From positions 352,001 to 416,000 of the forward strand of contig OY969474.1 of assembly GCA_963700145.1 (NCBI GenBank): DNA of 64,000 nucleotides, given 5' to 3'. The notes under the pieces were generated by a model. That model saw only the letters and a program-made list of their open reading frames with translations, was not told where the DNA came from and did not search any database. How positions within the stretch are numbered: the stretch's first letter is position 1; the number at the start of each line of letters is the position of its first letter. This document shows, one piece after another, positions 56,136-64,000 of the stretch. A program made the position numbers and the translations under genes. The stretch is from an uncultured Acidobacteriota bacterium. Lineage in GTDB: Bacteria; Acidobacteriota; Thermoanaerobaculia; Multivoradales; UBA5704.

Positions 56136-57470
56136 ATGGCCAACGTCGTGATCGTCGGCATGCAGTGGGGGGACGAGGGGAAGGGCAAGATCGTCGACCT
56201 CCTCTGCCCGGCCTTCGATGCCGTGGTGCGCTACCAGGGGGGGAACAACGCCGGCCACACGGTCAAGTTCCGCGACCGCCACTTCGCCCTCAACCTGGTC
56301 CCCTCCGGCGTCCTCCACCCGGAGATGCTCTGCGTGCTGGGCAACGGCATGGTGATCGCCCCCGACGCCCTGCTCGCCGAGCTGGCGAAGCTCTACGAGG
56401 CCGGCGTGCGCTTCGACGGCCGGCTCTTCATCTCCAACCGCGCCCACGTCCTGCTGCCGCCCCACGCCACGCTCGACCAGGCGCGCGAGGGGGCGCGCGG
56501 GCAGACCAAGATCGGCACCACGGCGCGCGGCATCGGACCGGCCTACGAGAGCAAGGTCTCGCGCTACGGCGTGCGCATGGCCGACCTCTTCGCCCCCGAC
56601 CTCGACGACCGCCTGCGGGCGCTGCTGGCGCGCATCGAGGCGGAGCTGCAGAGCCTGGGGGTGGAGGAGTCGGTGGGCCACCCGTCGGCCCTCGCCGACC
56701 AGTGCCGCGCCTGGGGGGAGAAGCTGCGCCCGGCGCTGCGCGACACCGAGCGGCTGCTCAACGAATGGATCGCGGCGGGGAAGAGCCTGCTCTTCGAGGG
56801 AGCGCAGGGGACGCTCCTCGACGTCGACCACGGCAGCTACCCCTTCGTCACCAGCTCGAACACCACGGCCGGCGGCGCCGCCACCGGCACCGGCGTGCCG
56901 CCGTCCCGCCTCGACGGCGCGATCGGCGTGCTCAAGGCCTACACGACGCGCGTCGGCGCCGGCCCCTTCGTCAGCGAGCTCGAGGGCGAGGCGGGGGAGT
57001 TCCTGCGCCGGCGCGGCAACGAGTTCGGCACCGTCACCGGCCGGCCGCGCCGCTGCGGCTGGCTGGACCTGGTCGCCGCCCGCTACGCCCGGCTGCTCAA
57101 CGGCGTCGACGCCATCGCCCTGACCAAGCTCGACGTGCTCGACGACTTCGACGAGCTGCAGGTCTGCGTCGGCTACCGGGTGAACGGCGAGGTGCTGCGC
57201 GAGCTGCCGGCCTCGCGGCACGCCCTGGAGAGCGCCGCGCCGGTGCTGCGGGCGGTCAAGGGCTGGAAACGGAGCACCGGCGGGGTGCTCGAGGTGGCCG
57301 ACCTGCCGCCGGCGGCGCGCGACTACCTGGCGCTGATCGAGGAGGAGGTGGGGGCGCCGGTGGCCCTCGTCTCGACCGGCCCGCGCCGCGAGGAGACCGC
57401 GCTGACCGGCGATCCCGCCCTCGCGCGCCTCACCTCCGGCCGCCTGGCCGCCGTGCTCGCGCAGCGATAA
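56136..57470 (+). CDS. purA: Adenylosuccinate synthetase
   Basis: QWGDEGKGK, GGNNAGHT, EGAQG and GTVTGRPRRCGW motifs. Confidence 0.97.
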   Translation: MANVVIVGMQWGDEGKGKIVDLLCPAFDAVVRYQGGNNAGHTVKFRDRHFALNLVPSGVLHPEMLCVLGNGMVIAPDALLAELAKLYEAGVRFDGRLFISNRAHVLLPPHATLDQAREGARGQTKIGTTARGIGPAYESKVSRYGVRMADLFAPDLDDRLRALLARIEAELQSLGVEESVGHPSALADQCRAWGEKLRPALRDTERLLNEWIAAGKSLLFEGAQGTLLDVDHGSYPFVTSSNTTAGGAATGTGVPPSRLDGAIGVLKAYTTRVGAGPFVSELEGEAGEFLRRRGNEFGTVTGRPRRCGWLDLVAARYARLLNGVDAIALTKLDVLDDFDELQVCVGYRVNGEVLRELPASRHALESAAPVLRAVKGWKRSTGGVLEVADLPPAARDYLALIEEEVGAPVALVSTGPRREETALTGDPALARLTSGRLAAVLAQR

Positions 57471-57528
57471 GGCGCGGCTTTCGCGCCGGGCTCCGATCGA
57501 CCGCGAGCGGGCCTTCTATACTCCATCC

Positions 57529-57604
57529 GGGCGGTTAGCTCAGCTGGCAGAGCAACGGGCTTTTAACCCGTGGGTCCAGGGTTCGATCCCCTGACCGCCC
57601 ACCA
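57529..57604 (+). tRNA. tRNA-Lys (anticodon UUU), CCA encoded
   Basis: 76-nt cloverleaf; acceptor GGGCGGT/ACCGCCC; anticodon arm ACGGG-CTTTTAA-CCCGT; GTTCGATCC T-arm. Confidence 0.97.
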
Positions 57605-57617
57605 CCGTTCCAGCTTT

Positions 57618-57980
57618 GCGGTCCTCAACCTACGCGCTTTGGCTGCCGAATGGAGCGCCGCGGTCCTCTACTTACGCGGTTCGGCGCTCCATTAGAGGGT
57701 CGCGGTCCTCAACCTACGCGGTTTGCCGGGCCGTTGGGCTGGGTTGCCTGCCGAAATGGCAGATTTTGTCCTCGGCTTACGCGGTTCGTCCGGCAAACCG
57801 ATAGAGTCTGTCCTCGGTTTACGCAGTTCGTCCGCAGACCCAGCCCAATCGGTCCTCAGCTTACGCAGTCGGCCGCGCGCGAAGGGCTCCGCGGTCCCCA
57901 ACTTACGCACTTGGCCCGCCGACCCGGTCCAATCGCGCGCCGCCGGAGCTTCGCCGGTCCTCAACCTACGCAGTCGGCCG
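57618..57980. repeat. Interspaced direct-repeat array: 8 copies of core GTCCTCnnYYTACGC, period 42 bp (63 bp twice)
   Basis: Cores start at 57621, 57663, 57705, 57768, 57810, 57852, 57894 and 57957, separated by variable sequence. Confidence 0.85.
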
Positions 57981-58006
57981 CGGCGCGCTGCTACGCTGCC
58001 GCGCGA

Positions 58007-58879
58007 ATGAGCCAACCGGAGCTGGTGATCATGGCCGCGGGCATGGGCTCGCGCTTCGGCGGGGCCAAGCAGGTTGTGCCCGTCGGTCCCGGCGGCGAGA
58101 TCGTCCTCGACTACTCGGTCTGGGACGCGGCGCGCGCCGGCGTCGAGCGGGTGGTCTTTGTCATCCGGCGCGACATGGAAGAGGACTTCAACACCCGCCA
58201 CGGCAGCCGCTACGCGGGCCGGCTGGACGTCGCCTACGCTTTCCAGGAGCTGGAGGGGCGGCGGAAGCCCTGGGGGACGGCGCACGCGGTCCTTGCGGCG
58301 CGGCCGCAAGTCGGCGGGCCGTTCATGGTCGTCAACGCCGACGACTTCTACGGCGCCGAGGCGTTCGCCCGGATGGCCGAGTTCCTGCGCGGCGAGCCGC
58401 GCGACTACGCGATGGTCGGCTACGAGCTGGGGAAGACGCTCTCGCCGCACGGCCGCGTCGCGCGCGGCGTCTGCGCGGTGGAGCCCGACGGCACCCTCCG
58501 CGCCGTCGTCGAGCACACCGCGATCGAGCCGGCGGACGGCGGCGCGCGCGCGGTCGAGCCGGGCGGCGGCGAGGTCCGCTTCACCGGCCGCGAGCCGGTG
58601 TCGATGAACTTCTGGGGCTTCCTCCCCGACCTCTTCCCCCGCCTCGAGGAGCGCTTCGCCCGCTTCCTCGCCGAGTGCGGCGACGACCCCGCGGCTGAGC
58701 TCTACATCCCGTCGGTCGTCGACGAGCTCATCCACGAGGGACAGGCGCGCGTCCGTGTCCTCCCCACCTCCGGCCGCTGGTTCGGCATGACCTACCCCGA
58801 GGACCGCGACGAGGTGGCCGCGCGCATCCGCGAGCTGGTCGCCCGCGGCGACTACCCCGAGGAGCTCTGGCCGCGGTAG
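58007..58879 (+). CDS. Sugar-phosphate nucleotidyltransferase-family protein
   Basis: MAAGMGSRFGG.KQ, KPWGTAHA, NADDFYG, SMNFWG and WFGMTY motifs. Confidence 0.88.
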   Translation: MSQPELVIMAAGMGSRFGGAKQVVPVGPGGEIVLDYSVWDAARAGVERVVFVIRRDMEEDFNTRHGSRYAGRLDVAYAFQELEGRRKPWGTAHAVLAARPQVGGPFMVVNADDFYGAEAFARMAEFLRGEPRDYAMVGYELGKTLSPHGRVARGVCAVEPDGTLRAVVEHTAIEPADGGARAVEPGGGEVRFTGREPVSMNFWGFLPDLFPRLEERFARFLAECGDDPAAELYIPSVVDELIHEGQARVRVLPTSGRWFGMTYPEDRDEVAARIRELVARGDYPEELWPR

Positions 58880-60054
58880 CGCGCCGCGACGCGCGCGTAG
58901 GCCTCGCGGAAGGGCACCCCTTCGTCCAGCACCAGACGGTAGGCTTCCTCGGCGGCGTGGAGCTCCGGCGGCAGCTCGATGCGCTCGGGGTGGAAGCGCA
59001 CTTCGGGCAGGGCGGCGGCGAGGAGCGCCAGGGTGTCGGCCGCCAGGTCGATGCCGCGGAACAGCGGCGCCTTCAAGAGCTGGAGGTCGCGGTGGTAGCC
59101 GGAGGGGAGCTTAGCGGTCACCGCCAGCGCTTCGAGGAGGCAGGCCTGCGCCGTGGCGCCGCGGCCGCGCACCAGCTCGAGGAGGTCGGGGTTGCGCTTC
59201 TGCGGCATGATCGAGGAGCCGGTGCAGAGGGCCGGCGGCAGGCTGGCGAAGCCCAGCTCGCGCATGCTGAAGAGGATCAGATCGGCGGCCAGCCGCCCGA
59301 GGTCCTGCATCAGGAGCGCGATCTCGAAGAGGGCCTGCGCCTCCGCCTTGCCGCGCGAGAGCTGGACCGCCGTCACCGGCTCGTGCACCACGGCGAAGCC
59401 GAGCCGCGCCCGCGTCGCCTCGCGGTCGAGGGGCAGCAGCGGCACCCCGTACCCCGCCGCCGAGCCGAGCGGGCTCTTGTCGGCGCGGCGCAGCGCCGCG
59501 GCGAGCCCCTCGGCATCGTCGCGCAGCTCGGCCGCGAAGCCGCCGGCCCAGAGCGGCACCGAGCTTGGCATCGCCGGCTGCATGTGGGTGTAGCCGGGGA
59601 GCGGCGTGGCGGCTTCGCGCGCGGCCAGGCCGTCGAGCGCCGCCGCCACCTCGAGCGTCCCGTCGCGCAGCGCGGCGAGCGCGTCGCGCAGGTAGAGGCG
59701 GAGCGCCGCCAGCACCTGGTCGTTGCGCGAGCGGCCGAGGTGGAGGCGCCCGCCGGCGGCGCCGATCCGCGCCGTCAGACGCCGCTCGAGCGCGGTGTGG
59801 ACGTCCTCGTCGGCCAGCTCGATCGCCCAGCCGCCGGCGGCGTGCTCGGCGGCGAGGGCCGCGAGGCCGGCGCGGATCGCCGCCAGGTCGTGGGCGGCGA
59901 GGAGGCCGGCGGCGTGGAGCCCTTCGGCATGGGCGATGGAGGCTCGCACGTCGTAGGCGACGAGCCGCGCGTCGAGCCGGTGGTCCTCGCCGGCGGTGTA
60001 GCGGAGCACCCGCTCGTCGAGCGGCTCCCCCGCGTCCCAGAGGCGGCCGCTCAT
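58852..60054 (-). CDS. argH: Argininosuccinate lyase
   Basis: EDVH, GRSRNDQV, PGYTHMQ and GSSIMPQKRNPD motifs. Confidence 0.95.
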   Translation of the reverse strand: MSGRLWDAGEPLDERVLRYTAGEDHRLDARLVAYDVRASIAHAEGLHAAGLLAAHDLAAIRAGLAALAAEHAAGGWAIELADEDVHTALERRLTARIGAAGGRLHLGRSRNDQVLAALRLYLRDALAALRDGTLEVAAALDGLAAREAATPLPGYTHMQPAMPSSVPLWAGGFAAELRDDAEGLAAALRRADKSPLGSAAGYGVPLLPLDREATRARLGFAVVHEPVTAVQLSRGKAEAQALFEIALLMQDLGRLAADLILFSMRELGFASLPPALCTGSSIMPQKRNPDLLELVRGRGATAQACLLEALAVTAKLPSGYHRDLQLLKAPLFRGIDLAADTLALLAAALPEVRFHPERIELPPELHAAEEAYRLVLDEGVPFREAYARVAARYRGQSSSG

Positions 60055-61193
60055 CCGCGCTCTCCGCAGGCCGCGGCGGCGGCGCTGCGCTCCCGCGCCT
60101 CCTCGCGCACCTCGGCATAGGCGCCGATCAGGCGGGTGTAGAAGCGCGCCCCGTCCAGCACCTCGCTCTCCAGCACGTACTCGTCCGGCGTGTGCGAGCG
60201 CTCGCTCCGCCCCGGCCCGCACTTGACCGCCGGCACGCCGTCGAGGAGGGCCATGTCCGAGAGGGTGGGGGAGCCGAACAGCCGCGCCTCCGGCCGCGCC
60301 CGCCGCCCTGCCTCGACCAGCGCGGCGTCGGCGGCGGTCTCGCGCGGGCGCAGCCGGTCGGAGAGGACGCGCACCTCGCCCGCCACCGCCGCCGCGACGC
60401 GGCGCACCACTTCGGCGACGGGGAGGGCCGGCGTGGTGCGCACGTCGAGCACCGCCGTGGCCTCGCCGGGCAGGACGTTGCGCGCGGTGCCGGCGCGCAC
60501 CTCGGTGGGCTCCAGGGTGATCGCGCCGAGCCGCTCGTGCGGCAGCCCGAAGTCGATCCCTTCGAGCGCCACCAGGTCGCGCGCCAGCCGGCGGGCGGCG
60601 TTGGCGGCGCCGAGCGTCGCGGCATGCGCGGCGTGGCAGGCGTCGCCGCGCGCCGTCAGCTCCAGCACCAGCAGCCCCTTCTGCGCCAGCGCGAGGTCGA
60701 GGCCGGTAGGCTCGCCGATCACCGCCCCCTCCAGCGGCAGGCCGCGGCGCGCCAGCTCGGCGAGGACCGCCTGCGTGCCGGTGCCGCGGGTCTCCTCCCC
60801 TTCCACCAACGCCAGCGCCAGGGTGAACGGCAGCTCGACGCTGCGGAAGGCGAGGAAGGCGGCGGTCATCGCCGCGGCGGAAGCCTTGGCGTCGTTGGCG
60901 CCGAGGCCGTAGACGCGGCCGTCCTCGACCACGGCCTGCCAGGGATCGCGCGTCCAGCCGGGGGCCGGCGGCACCGTGTCGAGGTGGGTGTCGAGGAGGA
61001 GGACCGGGCGTGGCTCGTCCGGCGCGCCGCCGGCCAGGACCAGCAGCGTGTCGCCGAGCCGCAGCGGCGCCAGACCGTAGCGCCGGAGCCGCCCCTCCAC
61101 GAGGTCGGCGGCCGCCGCCTCTTGACCCGAGACCGACGGCACCTCGACGAGCGCCCGGTGGAGGGCCAGCACCTCCCGCGCCGGCAGCATCAC
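60051..61193 (-). CDS. argE: M20 deacylase (ArgE-like; probably N-acyl-citrulline deacylase)
   Basis: HLDTV, GANDAK, EET, GEPT and SHTPDE motifs; within the arg cluster. Confidence 0.85.
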   Translation of the reverse strand: MMLPAREVLALHRALVEVPSVSGQEAAAADLVEGRLRRYGLAPLRLGDTLLVLAGGAPDEPRPVLLLDTHLDTVPPAPGWTRDPWQAVVEDGRVYGLGANDAKASAAAMTAAFLAFRSVELPFTLALALVEGEETRGTGTQAVLAELARRGLPLEGAVIGEPTGLDLALAQKGLLVLELTARGDACHAAHAATLGAANAARRLARDLVALEGIDFGLPHERLGAITLEPTEVRAGTARNVLPGEATAVLDVRTTPALPVAEVVRRVAAAVAGEVRVLSDRLRPRETAADAALVEAGRRARPEARLFGSPTLSDMALLDGVPAVKCGPGRSERSHTPDEYVLESEVLDGARFYTRLIGAYAEVREEARERSAAAAACGERG

Positions 61194-62131
61194 GGCCGCG
61201 CTTCCGCCAGCTCCGCCGCCTGCTCGTCCGGCGTCAGCGAGCCGACGCTCGCCACCACCATCGTGCCGATCCCCTGGTTGGTGAAGACCTCGGCGAGGAG
61301 GCCGTCAGGCGCGGCGTGCGCCAGGATGTGCACCCGCGGCACGCCGCCGCGGATCGCCGCCTCGATGGCGCTCGCCTTGGGCAGCATGCCGTCGCGTAGG
61401 CAACCCTGCTCGCGCAGCCGGGCGAGCCCGGCGAGGTCGGTGTACGACACCAGCGACGCGGGATCGCCGGGGCGCTCGAGGATGCCCGGCGCGCCGGTCA
61501 GGAGGATCAGCTTCTCCGCCGCGAGCCCGGCCGCCAGCGCCGCGGCGACGGTGTCGGCGTTGATGTTGAGGAGGGTGCCGTCGTCGGCCGCCGAGAGCGG
61601 GCTCACGATCGGCACCATGCCGGCGTCGAGGAGGGTGCGCAGCACGGCCGGCTCGACGGAGACGACGTCGCCCACCAGGCCGTAGTCGACCGGCGCGCCG
61701 TCCACCGCCACCGGCGGCCGCCGCCGCGCCCGCACCAGGCCGGCGGCGGCGCCGGAGAGCCCGACGGCCGGCAGCCCGACGGCGCGGCTGGCGGCGAGGA
61801 GGCGGGTGCTCATCGTGCCGTTCAGGGTCATGACCGCGACGTCGAGCGCCGCCGGGTCGGTCACGCGGCGCCCGGCGACGAAGCGCGGCTCGGCGCCCAG
61901 CGCGCGGGCCAGCGCGCTGGTCTCGGCGCCGCCGCCGTGCACCAGGACGACGCGGATGCCGAGCTGGTGGAGCACCTCGACCTGCTCGAGCAGGGCGCGG
62001 ATCGCCGCGGCGCTCGCCAGCGCCTCGCCGCCGGCCTTGACGACGAAGGTCTTCTCGCGGAAGACGCGTAGGTAAGGTGTCGCGTGCTTCAAGGCCGCCA
62101 CCACGGCGGTCTGCTGGCCGACGTCCTTCAT
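61190..62131 (-). CDS. argB: Acetylglutamate kinase
   Basis: VVKAGG, VHGGG, GRRVT, NINADT and GMLPK motifs. Confidence 0.93.
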   Translation of the reverse strand: MKDVGQQTAVVAALKHATPYLRVFREKTFVVKAGGEALASAAAIRALLEQVEVLHQLGIRVVLVHGGGAETSALARALGAEPRFVAGRRVTDPAALDVAVMTLNGTMSTRLLAASRAVGLPAVGLSGAAAGLVRARRRPPVAVDGAPVDYGLVGDVVSVEPAVLRTLLDAGMVPIVSPLSAADDGTLLNINADTVAAALAAGLAAEKLILLTGAPGILERPGDPASLVSYTDLAGLARLREQGCLRDGMLPKASAIEAAIRGGVPRVHILAHAAPDGLLAEVFTNQGIGTMVVASVGSLTPDEQAAELAEARP

Positions 62132-63153
62132 GATCGATCTCCTTCGTTTGGAGCTGCCGCCAGCAGCCGGTGCAGCACCGCCATCTGCACCCACATCCGG
62201 TTGTGCGCCTCGCGCACCACGGCGCTGCGCGGCCCGTCCAGCACCTCGTCGCGCACCACGACGTTGCGGCGCACCGGCAGGCAGTGCATGAAGCGGCAGT
62301 CGGGCGCGGCCGGCGCGAACCAACTCTCGTCCACGCACCAGTCGCGCAGGCCGGCGCGCAGCGCGGCCTCGGCCTCGGGGTCGCCGTAGGCCGCGGGTGA
62401 CCCCCACGACTTGGCGTAGAGGACGTGCGCGCCGGCGAGCGCCTCGTCGCGGCAGGCGGTCTCGCGCACCGTGCCGCCGGAAAGCGCCGCGGCGCGCCTC
62501 GCCCGTGCCAGCAGCGGCTCGGGCAGGCCGTACCCCTCGGGGCGGAGGACCGTCACCTCCATGCCGCGCAGCGCCGCCATGTGGACGGCCGCCGCCGGCA
62601 CCGCGAACGGCAGCGGCTTCGGGTGCCAGGCCCAGGAGAGGACGAAGCGGCCGCCTTGCGCCGGCACGCCCAGCTCGTCGAGCGTCTTCCAATCGGCGAG
62701 CGCCTGGCAGGGGTGATCGGCGGCGGACTCCAGGTTGACCAGCGGCACCGGGCAGAGCCCGGCCATGGCGCCGAAGGTCGCGTCCGCGAGGTCGGCTTCG
62801 AGGTCGACGCCGCCGGCGAAGGCGCGGATGCCCAGCGCGTCGGCGTAGCCGGCGAGGACCGGGATCGCCTCGCGCACGTGCTCGGCGGCGGCGCCGTCCA
62901 TCACCGCGCCGTCGCGGGTCTCGAGCAGCCAGCTCCCCTGACCCGGGGCGATGACGAAGGAGGAGCCGCCGAGGCGCGACATCCCGGTCTGGAAGGAGGC
63001 GAGCGTGCGCAGCGAAGGGTTGAAGAAGAGGAGGCCGAGCACCTTGCCGGCCAGCGCGCGCGGGTGCGGCTCCCGCTCGAGGCGGGCGGCCAGCGCCAAG
63101 AGGTCCACCACCTCTTCGCGCGCCAGGTCGGCGAGGCTGAGGAAGCCCTTCAC
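62128..63153 (-). CDS. argF: N-acyl-ornithine carbamoyltransferase (ArgF', acetyl- or succinyl-ornithine type)
   Basis: FFNPSLRT (not the canonical OTC STRT), MDG..EH, HPCQ, WAWHPKPL, YAKSW and HCLPVRRN motifs. Confidence 0.9.
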   Translation of the reverse strand: MKGFLSLADLAREEVVDLLALAARLEREPHPRALAGKVLGLLFFNPSLRTLASFQTGMSRLGGSSFVIAPGQGSWLLETRDGAVMDGAAAEHVREAIPVLAGYADALGIRAFAGGVDLEADLADATFGAMAGLCPVPLVNLESAADHPCQALADWKTLDELGVPAQGGRFVLSWAWHPKPLPFAVPAAAVHMAALRGMEVTVLRPEGYGLPEPLLARARRAAALSGGTVRETACRDEALAGAHVLYAKSWGSPAAYGDPEAEAALRAGLRDWCVDESWFAPAAPDCRFMHCLPVRRNVVVRDEVLDGPRSAVVREAHNRMWVQMAVLHRLLAAAPNEGDRS

Positions 63154-64000
63154 GGCGCCAGCTCCGCGAGCGCGGCGGCGAGGAGGTCCACGTGCTCGTC
63201 GGCGAGGACCAGCGGCGGCAGAAGGCGCACGATGTGCGGGTCGCCGCTGGTGCCGGTGAAGATGCCGCGCGCCAGGAGCTCGAGGTGGACCTCCTTGGCC
63301 GGTCGGCGGGTGCGCAGGCCGAGAAGGAGGCCTTCGCCCTGGATCGCCGTCACCGGCCCGGCGACGCAGGTGGCGCGGAAGCGCTCGGAGAGGCTGCGGG
63401 CGCGCGCCAGGAGGCCCTCCTCGGCGATCGCATCGAGCACCGCCTCGATCAGCGCGCAGGCCAGCGGGCCGCCGCCGAACGTCGTCCCGAGGTCCCCTTC
63501 AACCAGGCCGGCCGCGGCCTCGGCGCTTGCCAGCACGGCGCCCGCGGGGAAGCCGCCGGCGAGCCCCTTGGCGACCGTCAGAAGGTCGGGCGTCACGCCG
63601 TAGAGCTGCGCCGCGAAGGGCTCGCCGCTCCGCCCCATGCCGCACTGCACCTCGTCGAAGATCAGCAGCGCGCCGGCGCGGCGGGTGAGGTCGCGCGCCG
63701 CCGCCAGGTACTCCGCGCCGAGGGCGTAGGCCCCGGCCTGCCCCTGCACCGGCTCGACGATGAGCGCCGCCGCGCCGCCGTCGGCGGCCAGCGCCTCCGG
63801 CAGCGCCGCCAGGTCGCCGCGCGGCACGAAGGCGACGTCGAACGGCGGGCGCGGGAAGCCGTACCAGCGCGCCGCGCCCCAGGTGAGCGCGGCGGCGGCG
63901 GCGGTGCGGCCGTGGAAGGCGCCCTCGACCGCCACGATCCGCTGCCGGCCGGTGGCGCGGAAGGCGAGGCGGAGGGCGTTCTCGTTGGCTTCGGCACCGC
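63150..64000 (-). CDS. argD: Acetylornithine aminotransferase (class III), 5' end outside window
   Basis: AEANENAL, FHGRT, EPVQG, FDEVQCG, KGLAGG and GTTFGG motifs. Confidence 0.9.
   Translation of the reverse strand, partial: GAEANENALRLAFRATGRQRIVAVEGAFHGRTAAAAALTWGAARWYGFPRPPFDVAFVPRGDLAALPEALAADGGAAALIVEPVQGQAGAYALGAEYLAAARDLTRRAGALLIFDEVQCGMGRSGEPFAAQLYGVTPDLLTVAKGLAGGFPAGAVLASAEAAAGLVEGDLGTTFGGGPLACALIEAVLDAIAEEGLLARARSLSERFRATCVAGPVTAIQGEGLLLGLRTRRPAKEVHLELLARGIFTGTSGDPHIVRLLPPLVLADEHVDLLAAALAELAP

Noticed and set aside
57529-57604. tRNA-Lys as the attachment site of an integrated element
   Set aside because: No integrase, and no duplicated tRNA 3' end noticed in the window
57618-57980. 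CRISPR array
   Set aside because: Repeats are short (~15-20 bp) and degenerate, spacers are related to one another, and there is no leader or cas gene in the window; kept as an unexplained array instead
57650-58006. 119-aa N-terminal extension of the nucleotidyltransferase and other ORFs over the array
   Set aside because: The family N-terminus (LVIMAAG) follows ATG 58007; the open frames arise from the 42-bp periodicity and high GC

Overview
A very GC-rich bacterial chromosomal segment, most consistent with Acidobacteriota and probably class Thermoanaerobaculia (inferred from protein styles such as the ECF/kinase pair and the C-terminal 'LCLNGGRF...DTSAF' domain; not verified). It is densely coding, with about 58 genes. 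Housekeeping content: Zn/Mn uptake operon, P1B ATPase, rimO-ribF-trxA, ccsA-hemA-hemC-hemD, purA, tRNA-Lys(UUU) and an argD-argF'-argB-argE-argH cluster. Accessory content: many peptidases and hydrolases, two intact type II TA pairs, a decayed third pair and an ECF sigma/Ser-Thr kinase pair. No integrase, transposase or cas gene is visible. Most notable: (1) a translationally coupled pair of a cytoplasmic gluzincin protease and a ComEC-like metallo-beta-lactamase with an acidic insertion, a candidate protease-activated nuclease or conflict module; (2) an 8-unit interspaced repeat array with 42/63-bp phasing and mutually complementary spacers directly behind tRNA-Lys; (3) 5-oxoprolinase halves separated by a 3.3-kb block of unrelated, partly decayed genes; (4) two paralogous secreted metzincins with different C-terminal modules. 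All product calls come from motifs recognised by eye; no database searches were run.
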